A stretch of 64,000 bases of DNA from Bacteroidales bacterium (GTDB lineage: Bacteria; Bacteroidota; Bacteroidia; Bacteroidales; UBA932), in the NCBI GenBank assembly GCA_012728975.1, contig JAAYDZ010000027.1, positions 81,553 through 145,552 on the forward strand, given 5' to 3'. The position numbers were made by a program, and so were the translations under genes. Below, one piece after another: positions 18,677 through 26,788 of the stretch (positions within the stretch are counted from its first letter, which is position 1; every line of letters starts with the position of its first letter). The notes beneath the pieces were generated by a model that made no database searches, was not told the DNA's origin, and saw nothing but the letters and a program-made list of their open reading frames with translations.

Positions 18677-19567
18677 ATGACCTTGAAATTGTTTGAATGG
18701 AATCACAGGGAGTTAGTCAAATCTCCTTTAAACTATATGGGGGGCAAGTTTAAGCTCCTTCCTCAAATTATACCTTACTTTCCAAAAGATATAAATACAT
18801 TCGTAGATTTATTTGCAGGTGGGTGTAATGTGGGTATTAACGTAATCTCACGAAAGGTCATATGTAATGATATTATTAATTATTTGATTGATATATTTAA
18901 ACTCTTTAAAAATAATACTAAAGAAGAGTCTATATCGTATATTAATTCCAGAATTTATGAATATGGATTGACCCCAAAAAACGAAGATGGATTTAAACTT
19001 TTGAGAAACGAGTATAATACTTCGCACCGTCCATTGGATTTGTTCGTTTTAATAGCACACTCCTTTAATTATCAAATAAGATTTAATTCAAAGCACATAT
19101 ACAATACTCCTTTTGGCAAAGAAAATAGTACATATAACGATGTGATGAAAATGAATTTAGACCAATTCATCGACCGGCTTCATGAAATTGATATAACTTT
19201 TACTAGTAATGATTTTCGTGATGTTGATCTGTCAGGACTGAATACTGATGACTTTGTATATTGTGATCCGCCATATCTAATTACAACGGGCTCATATAAT
19301 GATGGCAAACGTGGTTTTAAAGGTTGGGGAGACAATGATGAGTATGATCTTCTTAACCTACTTGATAACCTTAATGAAAGGAATTTGAGATTTGCGCTTT
19401 CCAATGTCTTGTGCCACAAGGGTAAGACAAATGACATACTGATTGAATGGGTTAATGTTCGAGGTTATAACACATATCACCTGAAGAAGAATTACTCTGC
19501 TTCTTCGTATCAAACCATAAATAGAAATAAAAACGCAAGTGATGAAGTTCTTATAACCAATTATTAG
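18677..19567 (+). CDS. site-specific DNA adenine methyltransferase, D12 class (Dam/EcoRV-like, alpha type)
   Basis: Motif I region NYMGGKFKLLPQIIPYFP...FVDLFAGGCNVG, motif IV DDFVYCDPPY, and the C-terminal EVLITNY. The ORF is open from 18491. I chose the ATG at 18677 (MTLKLFEW) because it gives a typical family length of about 297 aa and a near-consensus -7 box (TATCTTTT, 18619-18626) lies upstream. The ATG at 18629 is an alternative. Confidence 0.85.
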   Translation: MTLKLFEWNHRELVKSPLNYMGGKFKLLPQIIPYFPKDINTFVDLFAGGCNVGINVISRKVICNDIINYLIDIFKLFKNNTKEESISYINSRIYEYGLTPKNEDGFKLLRNEYNTSHRPLDLFVLIAHSFNYQIRFNSKHIYNTPFGKENSTYNDVMKMNLDQFIDRLHEIDITFTSNDFRDVDLSGLNTDDFVYCDPPYLITTGSYNDGKRGFKGWGDNDEYDLLNLLDNLNERNLRFALSNVLCHKGKTNDILIEWVNVRGYNTYHLKKNYSASSYQTINRNKNASDEVLITNY

Positions 19568-19572
19568 AATTA

Positions 19573-20640
19573 ATGAGATATATAGGTAATAAAGAAAACA
19601 TTATTGAAAAGATTGATGCAATACTTACAGCAAATGCCGTTGTAGGTGAGTCTTTCTTTGATTTCTTTGCAGGTACCACTAATGTTGGAAAGTATTATAA
19701 GCGAAAAGGATATAAAATATCTTCTTCAGATATGATGTATATGTCATACTGCTTACAAAAGGCTTATATAGAAAATAATGAGGAACCTCGATTTGATCGT
19801 TTAATTGATAGTTTGCCGCCAATAAATACCTCTCGTCTGTTCTCTGATCCATTTGATCACGTCCTATCTTATCTTGACAACTTGGACCCGGTTCATGGGT
19901 TTATTTATAATAATTACACGCCTGGTGGAACAAGTAATCTAGAACAGCCTCGCATGTACTTCAGTAGCGAGAATGGATCTAAAATAGATGCTATACGTCA
20001 GAGGATAGAAGAATGGTGGGAGAAGAATCTATTAACAGAATCTGAATATTTCATACTGCTTGCATGCTTAATTGAAACAGTCTCTTTTTATGCCAATGTA
20101 GCTGGCGTTTACGCAGCCTTTCATAAAAAATGGGATCCAAGGGCGGTGAAGCCTATTCAAATGAGACGTATTGAAATTATTTCTAATAATAAGGATAATA
20201 ACGTATATTGTGCAGATAGTTGCACATTACTTGATATTATCGATGTTGACATATTATATTTGGACCCTCCTTATAATGAACGACAGTATTTGCCTAATTA
20301 TCATCTTGTTGAAACAATTGCTCGGTACGACAATCCTCAGATAAAAGGTGTGACAGGAATGCGTGCTTACGAGAACAATAAGTCAGATTTTTGCAATGCA
20401 ACAAAAGCAATTGAACAACTTGATATTATTGCCAATACTGCAAAGTATAAGTTTTTGGTAATGAGCTATAATTCAGAAGGAATTATGAAGACTGATGATA
20501 TTATTGACACATTATCAAAGTTCGGAGAAGTGAAGTTAGAGCAGTTTGAGTACGCAAGATTTAAAAGCAACAATAAGGGGCTCTCTAAGACAAAGAAAAC
20601 AGTTTTTGAGGAATTATATATATTAAACCATACACAATAA
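19573..20640 (+). CDS. site-specific DNA adenine methyltransferase, D12 class (MRYIGxK / FokI-half / NlaIII-like subgroup)
   Basis: 355 aa with the N-terminus MRYIGNKENII, motif I FFDFFAGTTNVG, and motif IV ILYLDPPYNERQYLPNYHLVETIARYD. It starts 5 nt after the previous MTase. Confidence 0.85.
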   Translation: MRYIGNKENIIEKIDAILTANAVVGESFFDFFAGTTNVGKYYKRKGYKISSSDMMYMSYCLQKAYIENNEEPRFDRLIDSLPPINTSRLFSDPFDHVLSYLDNLDPVHGFIYNNYTPGGTSNLEQPRMYFSSENGSKIDAIRQRIEEWWEKNLLTESEYFILLACLIETVSFYANVAGVYAAFHKKWDPRAVKPIQMRRIEIISNNKDNNVYCADSCTLLDIIDVDILYLDPPYNERQYLPNYHLVETIARYDNPQIKGVTGMRAYENNKSDFCNATKAIEQLDIIANTAKYKFLVMSYNSEGIMKTDDIIDTLSKFGEVKLEQFEYARFKSNNKGLSKTKKTVFEELYILNHTQ

Positions 20641-22034
20641 TGGCTGCATCAAATCTATGGATATTGACCGAAGAACGGCCAAAGACTAATGTGCTTCAAA
20701 TGATTTTCTCATTCTTTGCTAAGGATATGGGTTGTGGGTTCTTTGGAACCAAGCTATGCATTATTCCGATACTGAATGAGAGGAAGTGTTTCGATTTCAC
20801 CTACAAAGTAGTTGGTTTCACCTGTGAAAGAGTCAAGAATGTTTTCATCAAGACAGTTTCTGGGAATTCCAGTTTTACCGACTTTCTGATTTATTACCAA
20901 GATACTCTGCCACAGGTTGAAGATGAGCCCCTATATGCTATAGAGGAGACAAAAACTGACGATAGTGAGAGTCGGAACACAGGAGTTTATCAACGATGCT
21001 CAAAATTCGTTTTCATTCAAAACTATTATCCAAATTGTAAGAAGATAATGCTTTATGCCCTTCAAGTTGACCAAAAGGAAGAACCTACAGAAACGTATAT
21101 CTTCGGTACAAGACTATTGTTAACGATGGGTGTCCAGATACTTGGAAAGGAATTGGATTGCAATATATTTCGACCATTCAACAATATTCAGGAAGTTATA
21201 GATGCGAAGAGAAAAATGCGTCGTCCACCTGCTGGTAATATCCCTATTTTGATTACGAGGTATCCAGATAAAATAACAGTTTCTGGTAGACTTGTCAAAA
21301 GCGGTAGCCTTTCCCATGATCCAAATATTGGGGCTTTAAGCATAATCTCTGCTGTTCTAAGAAAACTTGGTTGGAAAGGTCGTATTATTATTACTCAGCA
21401 CGGTTTAAAGCAGTCTCATATTGGTAAAAAAAATAAATTTATCCAGATAGCAAATAAAATAAACATTGAATTGGATGGCCTCACGATGCCAGTTGCTACT
21501 TTTCCTAGAGATTACTGGCGGTACGATATGTCAGGAGAAAAATTAGGTACAATTTTTATACATATTGCAGTTGAGAATTTCACAACAGGGTATTCAATCT
21601 TTGAGAATCACGCTGGGTGTGAGAAAGGATATTTTCAAACATCAGTTGGAGAGCATATCCCATTAGCCAAATATGTTAATAGAGAAGCATACAAAGCAGG
21701 TGATAAAGGCCAGATAGTTTTTATACCAGATCTAGTGTTAATTGATATTGATGAAAGAGAGGCTGTAACAATTGAGGGTAAGCGGTATGACAATATGATT
21801 AGGGGTATCAAGGAACTTAATAACTTTGATGCATTCGATGACATGTACCTCAAGAAATATTATCCTAAGTTTAAGATTGTAAGAACAGTGGTGCTTTATG
21901 GTGGCTTTGCTGAGAGACTTATTCAGGTTGAAGTCGGATTTTTGCTTAATGAAAGAGGCAAGCTTGTATTGGGACTAAAGGCGCCAAAACTTTTTACTAA
22001 AGCTATAGAGAACCTTATTGACTACTGGAAATAG
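20640..22034 (+). CDS. orphan protein, candidate restriction endonuclease (C-terminal PD-(D/E)XK-like motif)
   Basis: 464 aa. The ATG overlaps the upstream stop codon (TAATG). The C-terminal segment VFIPDLVLIDIDEREAVTIEGKRY fits PD-x15-E-x-K. I recognise no named family. The position after two MTases suggests the nuclease partner. Confidence 0.5.
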   Translation: MAASNLWILTEERPKTNVLQMIFSFFAKDMGCGFFGTKLCIIPILNERKCFDFTYKVVGFTCERVKNVFIKTVSGNSSFTDFLIYYQDTLPQVEDEPLYAIEETKTDDSESRNTGVYQRCSKFVFIQNYYPNCKKIMLYALQVDQKEEPTETYIFGTRLLLTMGVQILGKELDCNIFRPFNNIQEVIDAKRKMRRPPAGNIPILITRYPDKITVSGRLVKSGSLSHDPNIGALSIISAVLRKLGWKGRIIITQHGLKQSHIGKKNKFIQIANKINIELDGLTMPVATFPRDYWRYDMSGEKLGTIFIHIAVENFTTGYSIFENHAGCEKGYFQTSVGEHIPLAKYVNREAYKAGDKGQIVFIPDLVLIDIDEREAVTIEGKRYDNMIRGIKELNNFDAFDDMYLKKYYPKFKIVRTVVLYGGFAERLIQVEVGFLLNERGKLVLGLKAPKLFTKAIENLIDYWK

Positions 22035-22048
22035 AAAACTTGTTTTCT

Positions 22049-22675
22049 ATGGAATCATTTTTTCAATACGGCGAAAAAGAAATGTCATGGCTTAAAAACC
22101 GGGACGATAAGATGGCTGCTATAATTAGCAAGGTTGGACCTTTGAAAAGACGTGTAAATCCCGATTTGTTCGCTTCCCTTGTTTTTTCTATAGTTGGCCA
22201 ACAATTGTCAATGAAAGCCCATAGGTCGATATGGAAAAGGGTAATAGAAAAATGTGGACCAATTACACCATCTTCTATCAATGATGTGCCAATTGAGAAT
22301 CTTCAAATATGTGGTCTCTCATTAAAGAAAGCTAGGTATCTCAAAGGCGTAGCGGAAGCAATCATATCTGGCGAGTTAGACCTTGATAAGTTAAGAACGA
22401 TGAATGACGAAGACGTTATTAAAGAACTTACAGTGTTCAAAGGAATCGGCATATGGACCGCTGAAATGCTTCTTATTTTTTCCTTAGAGCGACCAAATGT
22501 TTTCAGTTTCAAAGATGTAAGCATAATTAGGGGGTTAAAAATGTTGTATCACCATATTGAAGTATCTGAAAATCGCTTCGAAAAGTACAGAAAGAAGTTC
22601 AGTCCGTATTGCACGATAGCTAGCTTTTATCTGTGGGAAATCGCAAGTGGCAATGTTGATTTAACCGACTTATAA
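22049..22675 (+). CDS. HhH-GPD superfamily DNA glycosylase (DNA-3-methyladenine glycosylase II / AlkA-type, short form)
   Basis: The start is taken at ATG 22049 (MESFFQYG). The protein has the helix-hairpin-helix FKGIGIWTAEMLLIF and a following Asp-containing segment FSFKDVSIIRGL. Its size and layout match short AlkA-like proteins. It starts 14 nt after the 464-aa ORF on the same strand. Confidence 0.75.
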   Translation: MESFFQYGEKEMSWLKNRDDKMAAIISKVGPLKRRVNPDLFASLVFSIVGQQLSMKAHRSIWKRVIEKCGPITPSSINDVPIENLQICGLSLKKARYLKGVAEAIISGELDLDKLRTMNDEDVIKELTVFKGIGIWTAEMLLIFSLERPNVFSFKDVSIIRGLKMLYHHIEVSENRFEKYRKKFSPYCTIASFYLWEIASGNVDLTDL

Positions 22676-22726
22676 AAGATTTATTTCTTTTTATAAGGTT
22701 TTGGCTGTTATGTACACTTCAAGCAA

Positions 22727-22978
22727 TCAAGTTTCATATACGGTTATCCACTCATTGTTCACTAATTTTGCAATAACGACATCATTATCATTCTCTTCTA
22801 GTTCCATCGCTAAATTCATAGCCTCTTGATGTGATAGATAACTGTCATTAGCTTCTTCTCCGTCCCTATAAAATACAGTATAGACTATTTCGTCTCTGCC
22901 TTTTACCGTCATATTTTCACAGCACTCAGGATTTATTGTTCTTGAGTTGATGTCAACTTCACTTCGAGACCGTTCCAT
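22727..22978 (-). CDS. small acidic hypothetical protein
   Basis: 83-aa ORF, rich in Asp and Glu (LAMELEENDNDVV), convergent with the MTase-glycosylase cassette. I recognise no family. Confidence 0.4.
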   Translation of the reverse strand: MERSRSEVDINSRTINPECCENMTVKGRDEIVYTVFYRDGEEANDSYLSHQEAMNLAMELEENDNDVVIAKLVNNEWITVYET

Positions 22979-23103
22979 ATAGATTATTTGTTGTTTTCAA
23001 ATGAGTAATATTAAACCATATTTCATATTATTACTTGACTACAAATATACTATAAATATAATATAATTAAATAAATATTGACAATATTATTGTATAATTT
23101 TAC

Positions 23104-23131
23104 ATAGATAGATAGATAGATAGATAGATAG
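23104..23131. repeat. tetranucleotide microsatellite (ATAG)7
   Basis: Seven perfect ATAG units lie in the intergenic region between the 22978 start (minus strand) and the -7 box at 23148. Confidence 0.95.
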
Positions 23132-23147
23132 AGCGACATGAAATATA

Positions 23148-23155
23148 TATCTTTG
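23148..23155 (+). promoter_or_regulatory. -7 promoter box TATCTTTG upstream of the truncated GDSL copy
   Basis: TAnnTTTG match lying about 147 nt upstream of the ATG at 23302. The box at 26912 has the same arrangement relative to the intact gene. Confidence 0.4.
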
Positions 23156-23301
23156 CATTGGTCCTATCCGAAAGGTTAAGACCCCGCCTCAGGAAGATTT
23201 CTTTATTGAAGTCTTCCAGTTGTATTCTGTATCCTTTCCTCAAAATTCCATTTCTCGTCTATCTTGTGTCATTTTCTCCTCTTTTTTCCTATTGTTGCAA
23301 T

Positions 23302-23679
23302 ATGAAAAGAGTTGTTTTAATGGCGGTGGTGCTGCTAATGGCGGTGGGTACTGCTGCGCAGGAGAGATATCATAAAGTAATTCCTCCCCGGCGTTATGAG
23401 GAGGCTAATAAAGAAGTGAAAGTGCGACCTTTAGCTGTATTATTCGGAGATTCTATTACCGATGCCTGGCCTATAATGAGTCCAGATTTTTTTAAGCTTA
23501 ACAATCTGATTGGTCGCGGTATCAGCGGAGAAACTACCGGAGATATGCTGATTAGATTCCAGAAAGATGTGGTCTCCCTGAGGCCTAAATATGTGGTTAT
23601 TCTTGCGGGAACAAATGACATTGTGATGAACGCTGGGCCTATCTCTTTGGAGCATATCCTTGACAATATTATCAACTAA
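23302..23679 (+). pseudogene. 5' fragment (about 125 codons) of a GDSL/SGNH hydrolase gene, a diverged duplicate of 27067-27729
   Basis: MKRVVLMAVVLLMAVGTAAQERYHKVIPPRRYEEANKEVKVRPLAVLFGDSITDAW...ILDNII is collinear with the first ~125 residues of the intact gene, with roughly nine in ten residues identical by eye. Homology stops abruptly at 23673 and a stop codon follows. The catalytic C-terminal half is missing. Confidence 0.8.
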
Positions 23680-23876
23680 CAACTTCTGGGGTGTAAAGGT
23701 TTCCCCTACTGTTAAATTATCTAAAACACGCTCTAAAAAATTCTTACCATACTTATCTCTAAAATATTGTTAATTTTCAGGTAATGCGTTCCATTTGGCA
23801 AGAATCCGTTCTTCATCTTCTTTGTAAGGCTTCCTGTTTTTTAATATTATTCGTTTACTATATATAGTAAATAAAT

Positions 23877-24488
23877 TTATTGAGTTTTTAAATACACTCT
23901 ATTAACAATTGCCTTTACTCCTGAATTAATTACAGTTTTTCCAGGACCATATTGATATTTAGTCTCATACTGTTCAGGTTGAAAAAATGTTTTTGTTACA
24001 TAAGTTTGTGATCCCGAAGTGTATGTTGAAGTTGTAGGTTTAAAGTAGCCCATATCCCAATCTGATTCAAATCTATTTTGTAATTTGCCGTTAAGATAAG
24101 TTTCTGATACGTATTTAGGCCCACTTTTTCGAACCTTCCATGATTTTACAGCATCTCCTTTGATATATTCAGTCTTTGACATTTCATTAATTTGTGCTTT
24201 CAAAATTTCCAGCCACTTATTGACTAATTTAATTTCTCTTTTTCCATATATTGTCATATATGGAAGCCCGTTGTTTTCATAAAGCATAATAGCTTTGCAA
24301 TTAAGTTTGTTCGCAATATTGAACATTTCAATAAAGTCTTTTTCGATAGTATGCAATGTAATAGAATCAGTTTGTGTTTGAAACCTCACTCGAAGTGTAG
24401 AGCCATCCTTTGTGTAAACAATTTTACTTTGGGCATTAGCATTGAAGCTTATTATAACTAGGGCTATGACGAAAATAATCCTTTTCAT
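23877..24488 (-). CDS. hypothetical secreted protein
   Basis: 203-aa ORF with the signal peptide MKRIIFVIALVIISFNANAQ and its own -7 box (plus strand caaagata, 24519-24526). Confidence 0.55.
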   Translation of the reverse strand: MKRIIFVIALVIISFNANAQSKIVYTKDGSTLRVRFQTQTDSITLHTIEKDFIEMFNIANKLNCKAIMLYENNGLPYMTIYGKREIKLVNKWLEILKAQINEMSKTEYIKGDAVKSWKVRKSGPKYVSETYLNGKLQNRFESDWDMGYFKPTTSTYTSGSQTYVTKTFFQPEQYETKYQYGPGKTVINSGVKAIVNRVYLKTQ

Positions 24489-24554
24489 AATATATTAAAT
24501 ATAAGGTTTGCGATATATCAAAGATACAAAAGTGTAGTCAATTCACAACTATGA

Positions 24555-24875
24555 TTACTTTGTGTCCCATTTATTTTCAAGTTTTTTAATTTTATTTTCC
24601 AGTTCTTTGGTTTTCTTCTCATTTTTCTTCTGGATGCTCATAAGTTCTTCTTGTCGAATGGAAATTTGTTCGCAAATTTTTGCAAGCTCCATTATGTTCT
24701 TATATATTTTCGTAAACTTAGTTTCGCTCTCTGCGCCTAATGTTTCATATTCTTCTTCAATTTCTGATTCTTTGAACCGGTCAGCGTACCATAGTTTCAG
24801 AAATCTTATCACAAGCGAAACAGCAAGTATGACTATAAGTATTACCGTAATTACAGTTCTGGTATTTTGTGTCAT
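24555..24875 (-). CDS. hypothetical single-pass membrane protein with coiled-coil tail
   Basis: 106 aa with an N-terminal TM segment (VITVILIVILAVSLVI) and a Lys/Glu-rich heptad-like C-terminus (KKNEKKTKELENKIKKLENK). The mirror plus-strand ORF is low-complexity. Confidence 0.5.
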   Translation of the reverse strand: MTQNTRTVITVILIVILAVSLVIRFLKLWYADRFKESEIEEEYETLGAESETKFTKIYKNIMELAKICEQISIRQEELMSIQKKNEKKTKELENKIKKLENKWDTK

Positions 24876-25102
24876 TTTTTAATGTTTAATAATCGTTATC
24901 ATCCATATTTTCGCAATAAGCCTTAGCCATGGGTGCTGTTTATTCATATTCTTTCTCGATAAGAGTTTTGACTTCGTGTTTTACTCTTGTAAAATTTTTA
25001 TTCACTTCATGGCTGTTTGCGATAGATCAAAGATACAAAGATCTAATCAGTTAATAAATCAATATTGTTCTTTTGGAGAAAAAAATATATATTTGTAATG
25101 TT

Positions 25103-25249
25103 ATGCGTGATATTCTATCCAGTCTAGTTGACCTCATTGTTGCAGCAGGGCCGTTTCTGACGACATTTGCTATAATCGTTGCTTATTTCTCCATTCGTTG
25201 GCTAGTAGGATATATCAAATGGTGGGATGAACACCCCAATGGAGTTTAA
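25103..25249 (+). CDS. possible small membrane protein (48 aa), below the ORF-track cutoff
   Basis: The ATG at 25103 is preceded by the -7 box TATATTTG (25088-25095). The translation is MRDILSSLVDLIVAAGPFLTTFAIIVAYFSIRWLVGYIKWWDEHPNGV, with one clear TM segment. Its 3' end overlaps the convergent 25246 gene by 4 nt. Confidence 0.3.
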   Translation: MRDILSSLVDLIVAAGPFLTTFAIIVAYFSIRWLVGYIKWWDEHPNGV

Positions 25250-25872
25250 CCTCTTTTCCCCCTTTTTCCGTAGTATAACAAAAATATTCCAAACAAAATA
25301 CCGATACAACAGGTGACTATTGAGCCTTCAAGGCCATTACTGCCACCTGTTAAGATATAAGGTCCACTAATCTCAGGGATGATTAAATTGTATTCCTTGG
25401 GGTTGCCGGAAACACTACTGCCAAAGATGGGACCTAACATAAAATTCCATGCCCAATGAATGCCGATTGGAATCCATAAAAAGGCAAAATTAAGAAGTAG
25501 TGCAACCCAATTGACTTGTATGGACTCTACCCTATAAATACCTATTATAGCAAGCACGCCGACTACCGTAGCAATGAATAGGGTGCCTATGGCAAATCCT
25601 GTCAGCAAATCAGGTAATGCCCTGTTTATCTTTAATTCCGATACTTTTCTCTTCTCAATTTTTTTTATGTGGAGTGTATAAAGTACCAAAACTATGAGCC
25701 CAACAAGAAGTAGAAGAGCAGCCTTAATCCATGGTTTATTGCTGAAAGTGCATGCAACAGGAGCAACCTGTGACAGCACAAAAAAGAACGCAGACCCAAA
25801 TACAATCAGTAAAATCCACTTCCACAATGGAGTGCGTTTTCTCAAGTTATTCATAAAACGAAGGCTACTCAA
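25246..25872 (-). CDS. polytopic membrane protein with degenerate CPBP (CAAX protease/Abi)-like C-terminal motif
   Basis: 208 aa with several TM segments. IGIHWAWNF resembles the CPBP HxxxN motif, but I see no EExxxR or FxxxH motifs. It overlaps the upstream gene by 8 nt (25865-25872). Confidence 0.4.
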   Translation of the reverse strand: MSSLRFMNNLRKRTPLWKWILLIVFGSAFFFVLSQVAPVACTFSNKPWIKAALLLLVGLIVLVLYTLHIKKIEKRKVSELKINRALPDLLTGFAIGTLFIATVVGVLAIIGIYRVESIQVNWVALLLNFAFLWIPIGIHWAWNFMLGPIFGSSVSGNPKEYNLIIPEISGPYILTGGSNGLEGSIVTCCIGILFGIFLLYYGKRGKRG

Positions 25873-26788
25873 TCCCCGTCAATAGCATTCTGCTTGTCAG
25901 TTTTCCTTTTGCGTCGTAATGTTCAGTTTTTACTACTCCGAGACCTTTTCCTATCCAGGTGATGGTGGTGCCTTGTTGTGTGCCGACTATAGGATAGTCA
26001 GCTGATACGGTTTGTATAAGCTTAAAACATACGAACTGCCCAACGGGAGTATCTACTATTTCTGCACGAACTGCTTTTCGATTAAATATCTGGAACTCTA
26101 GTGGTGGCATATCCATTACATCCGTTCCGGTCTCCATTTTCATTTTCAACGTGGCCTTGGCGTCAGGAAGGGATTGTCCTGGTTTGAGTTTTGTGGGGAT
26201 CACCATATCGTTTCCGGTCATGCTGGCATCGAAGTCGGCTCCTTCCAATCCTTTTGGCGGTATAACGTCAAGCATATTCACGTAGAAATTGCCGCTTTGT
26301 GCACGCATCGTAAAGGTACCGCCATTTTGAACCCGTCCTTTTGCATCGGTTATTTTGCCTGATACAGTGGCTTTCACGCTAGTCTTTGTTCGGTTAAGTT
26401 CTATGACCTCTGATTTGTTGTATCCCTGTACTTTGCCTTTGCCATTGTACATGGTGTAGGTAATTACTGCTCCTTTTTTTAGGGCATAATAGGGTTCGTT
26501 ATTGTCCCAGTCGGAGGTGTTGTCAGCAGGAGTACCCGTATCAGCCGGTTCAACGATGGAAACATCAGGTTTTTTTTGCTTTTTCTGTTTCGCAAGTTCT
26601 TCAGCTTCGTCGAAGGCTTTATCCACGGCTTTTTTCGTTTTTTCCTGGACCTTTTCTTCGACCTTTTGTTTCGCCGCCTCTTCCGCTTTTTTGCCCAATT
26701 GCTTCATCCAGCTCTGGGCACTGACTTCACTGATGTTCCCGACCGCCAATAGCAGGACGAGAACTAAAGTTAGTTGTCTTGGTTTCAT
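25865..26788 (-). CDS. hypothetical secreted protein with Lys/Glu-rich N-terminal linker
   Basis: 307 aa with the signal peptide MKPRQLTLVLVLLLAVGNISEVSAQ, then a KQKVEEKVQEKTKK low-complexity stretch, then a beta-rich domain. It has its own -7 box (plus strand caaagata, 26861-26868). Confidence 0.55.
   Translation of the reverse strand: MKPRQLTLVLVLLLAVGNISEVSAQSWMKQLGKKAEEAAKQKVEEKVQEKTKKAVDKAFDEAEELAKQKKQKKPDVSIVEPADTGTPADNTSDWDNNEPYYALKKGAVITYTMYNGKGKVQGYNKSEVIELNRTKTSVKATVSGKITDAKGRVQNGGTFTMRAQSGNFYVNMLDVIPPKGLEGADFDASMTGNDMVIPTKLKPGQSLPDAKATLKMKMETGTDVMDMPPLEFQIFNRKAVRAEIVDTPVGQFVCFKLIQTVSADYPIVGTQQGTTITWIGKGLGVVKTEHYDAKGKLTSRMLLTGIE

Noticed and set aside
20880-20960. N-terminal D...E-E-T-K pattern in the 464-aa protein as a second nuclease active site.
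   Set aside because: A short pattern match like this is easily found by chance. It is mentioned only as a possibility under the finding and is not called as a domain.
23770-23845. Minus-strand reading KNRKPYKEDEERILAKWNALPEN-stop just right of the GDSL duplication breakpoint, a possible gene remnant.
   Set aside because: There are only about 25 codons with no start codon and no recognisable family. This is too short to support a call.
24562-24882. 106-aa plus-strand ORF mirroring the minus-strand ORF at 24555-24875.
   Set aside because: Its translation is Ser/Phe/Leu low-complexity. The minus-strand product has a clean TM segment plus a coiled-coil organisation and sits in a run of minus-strand genes.
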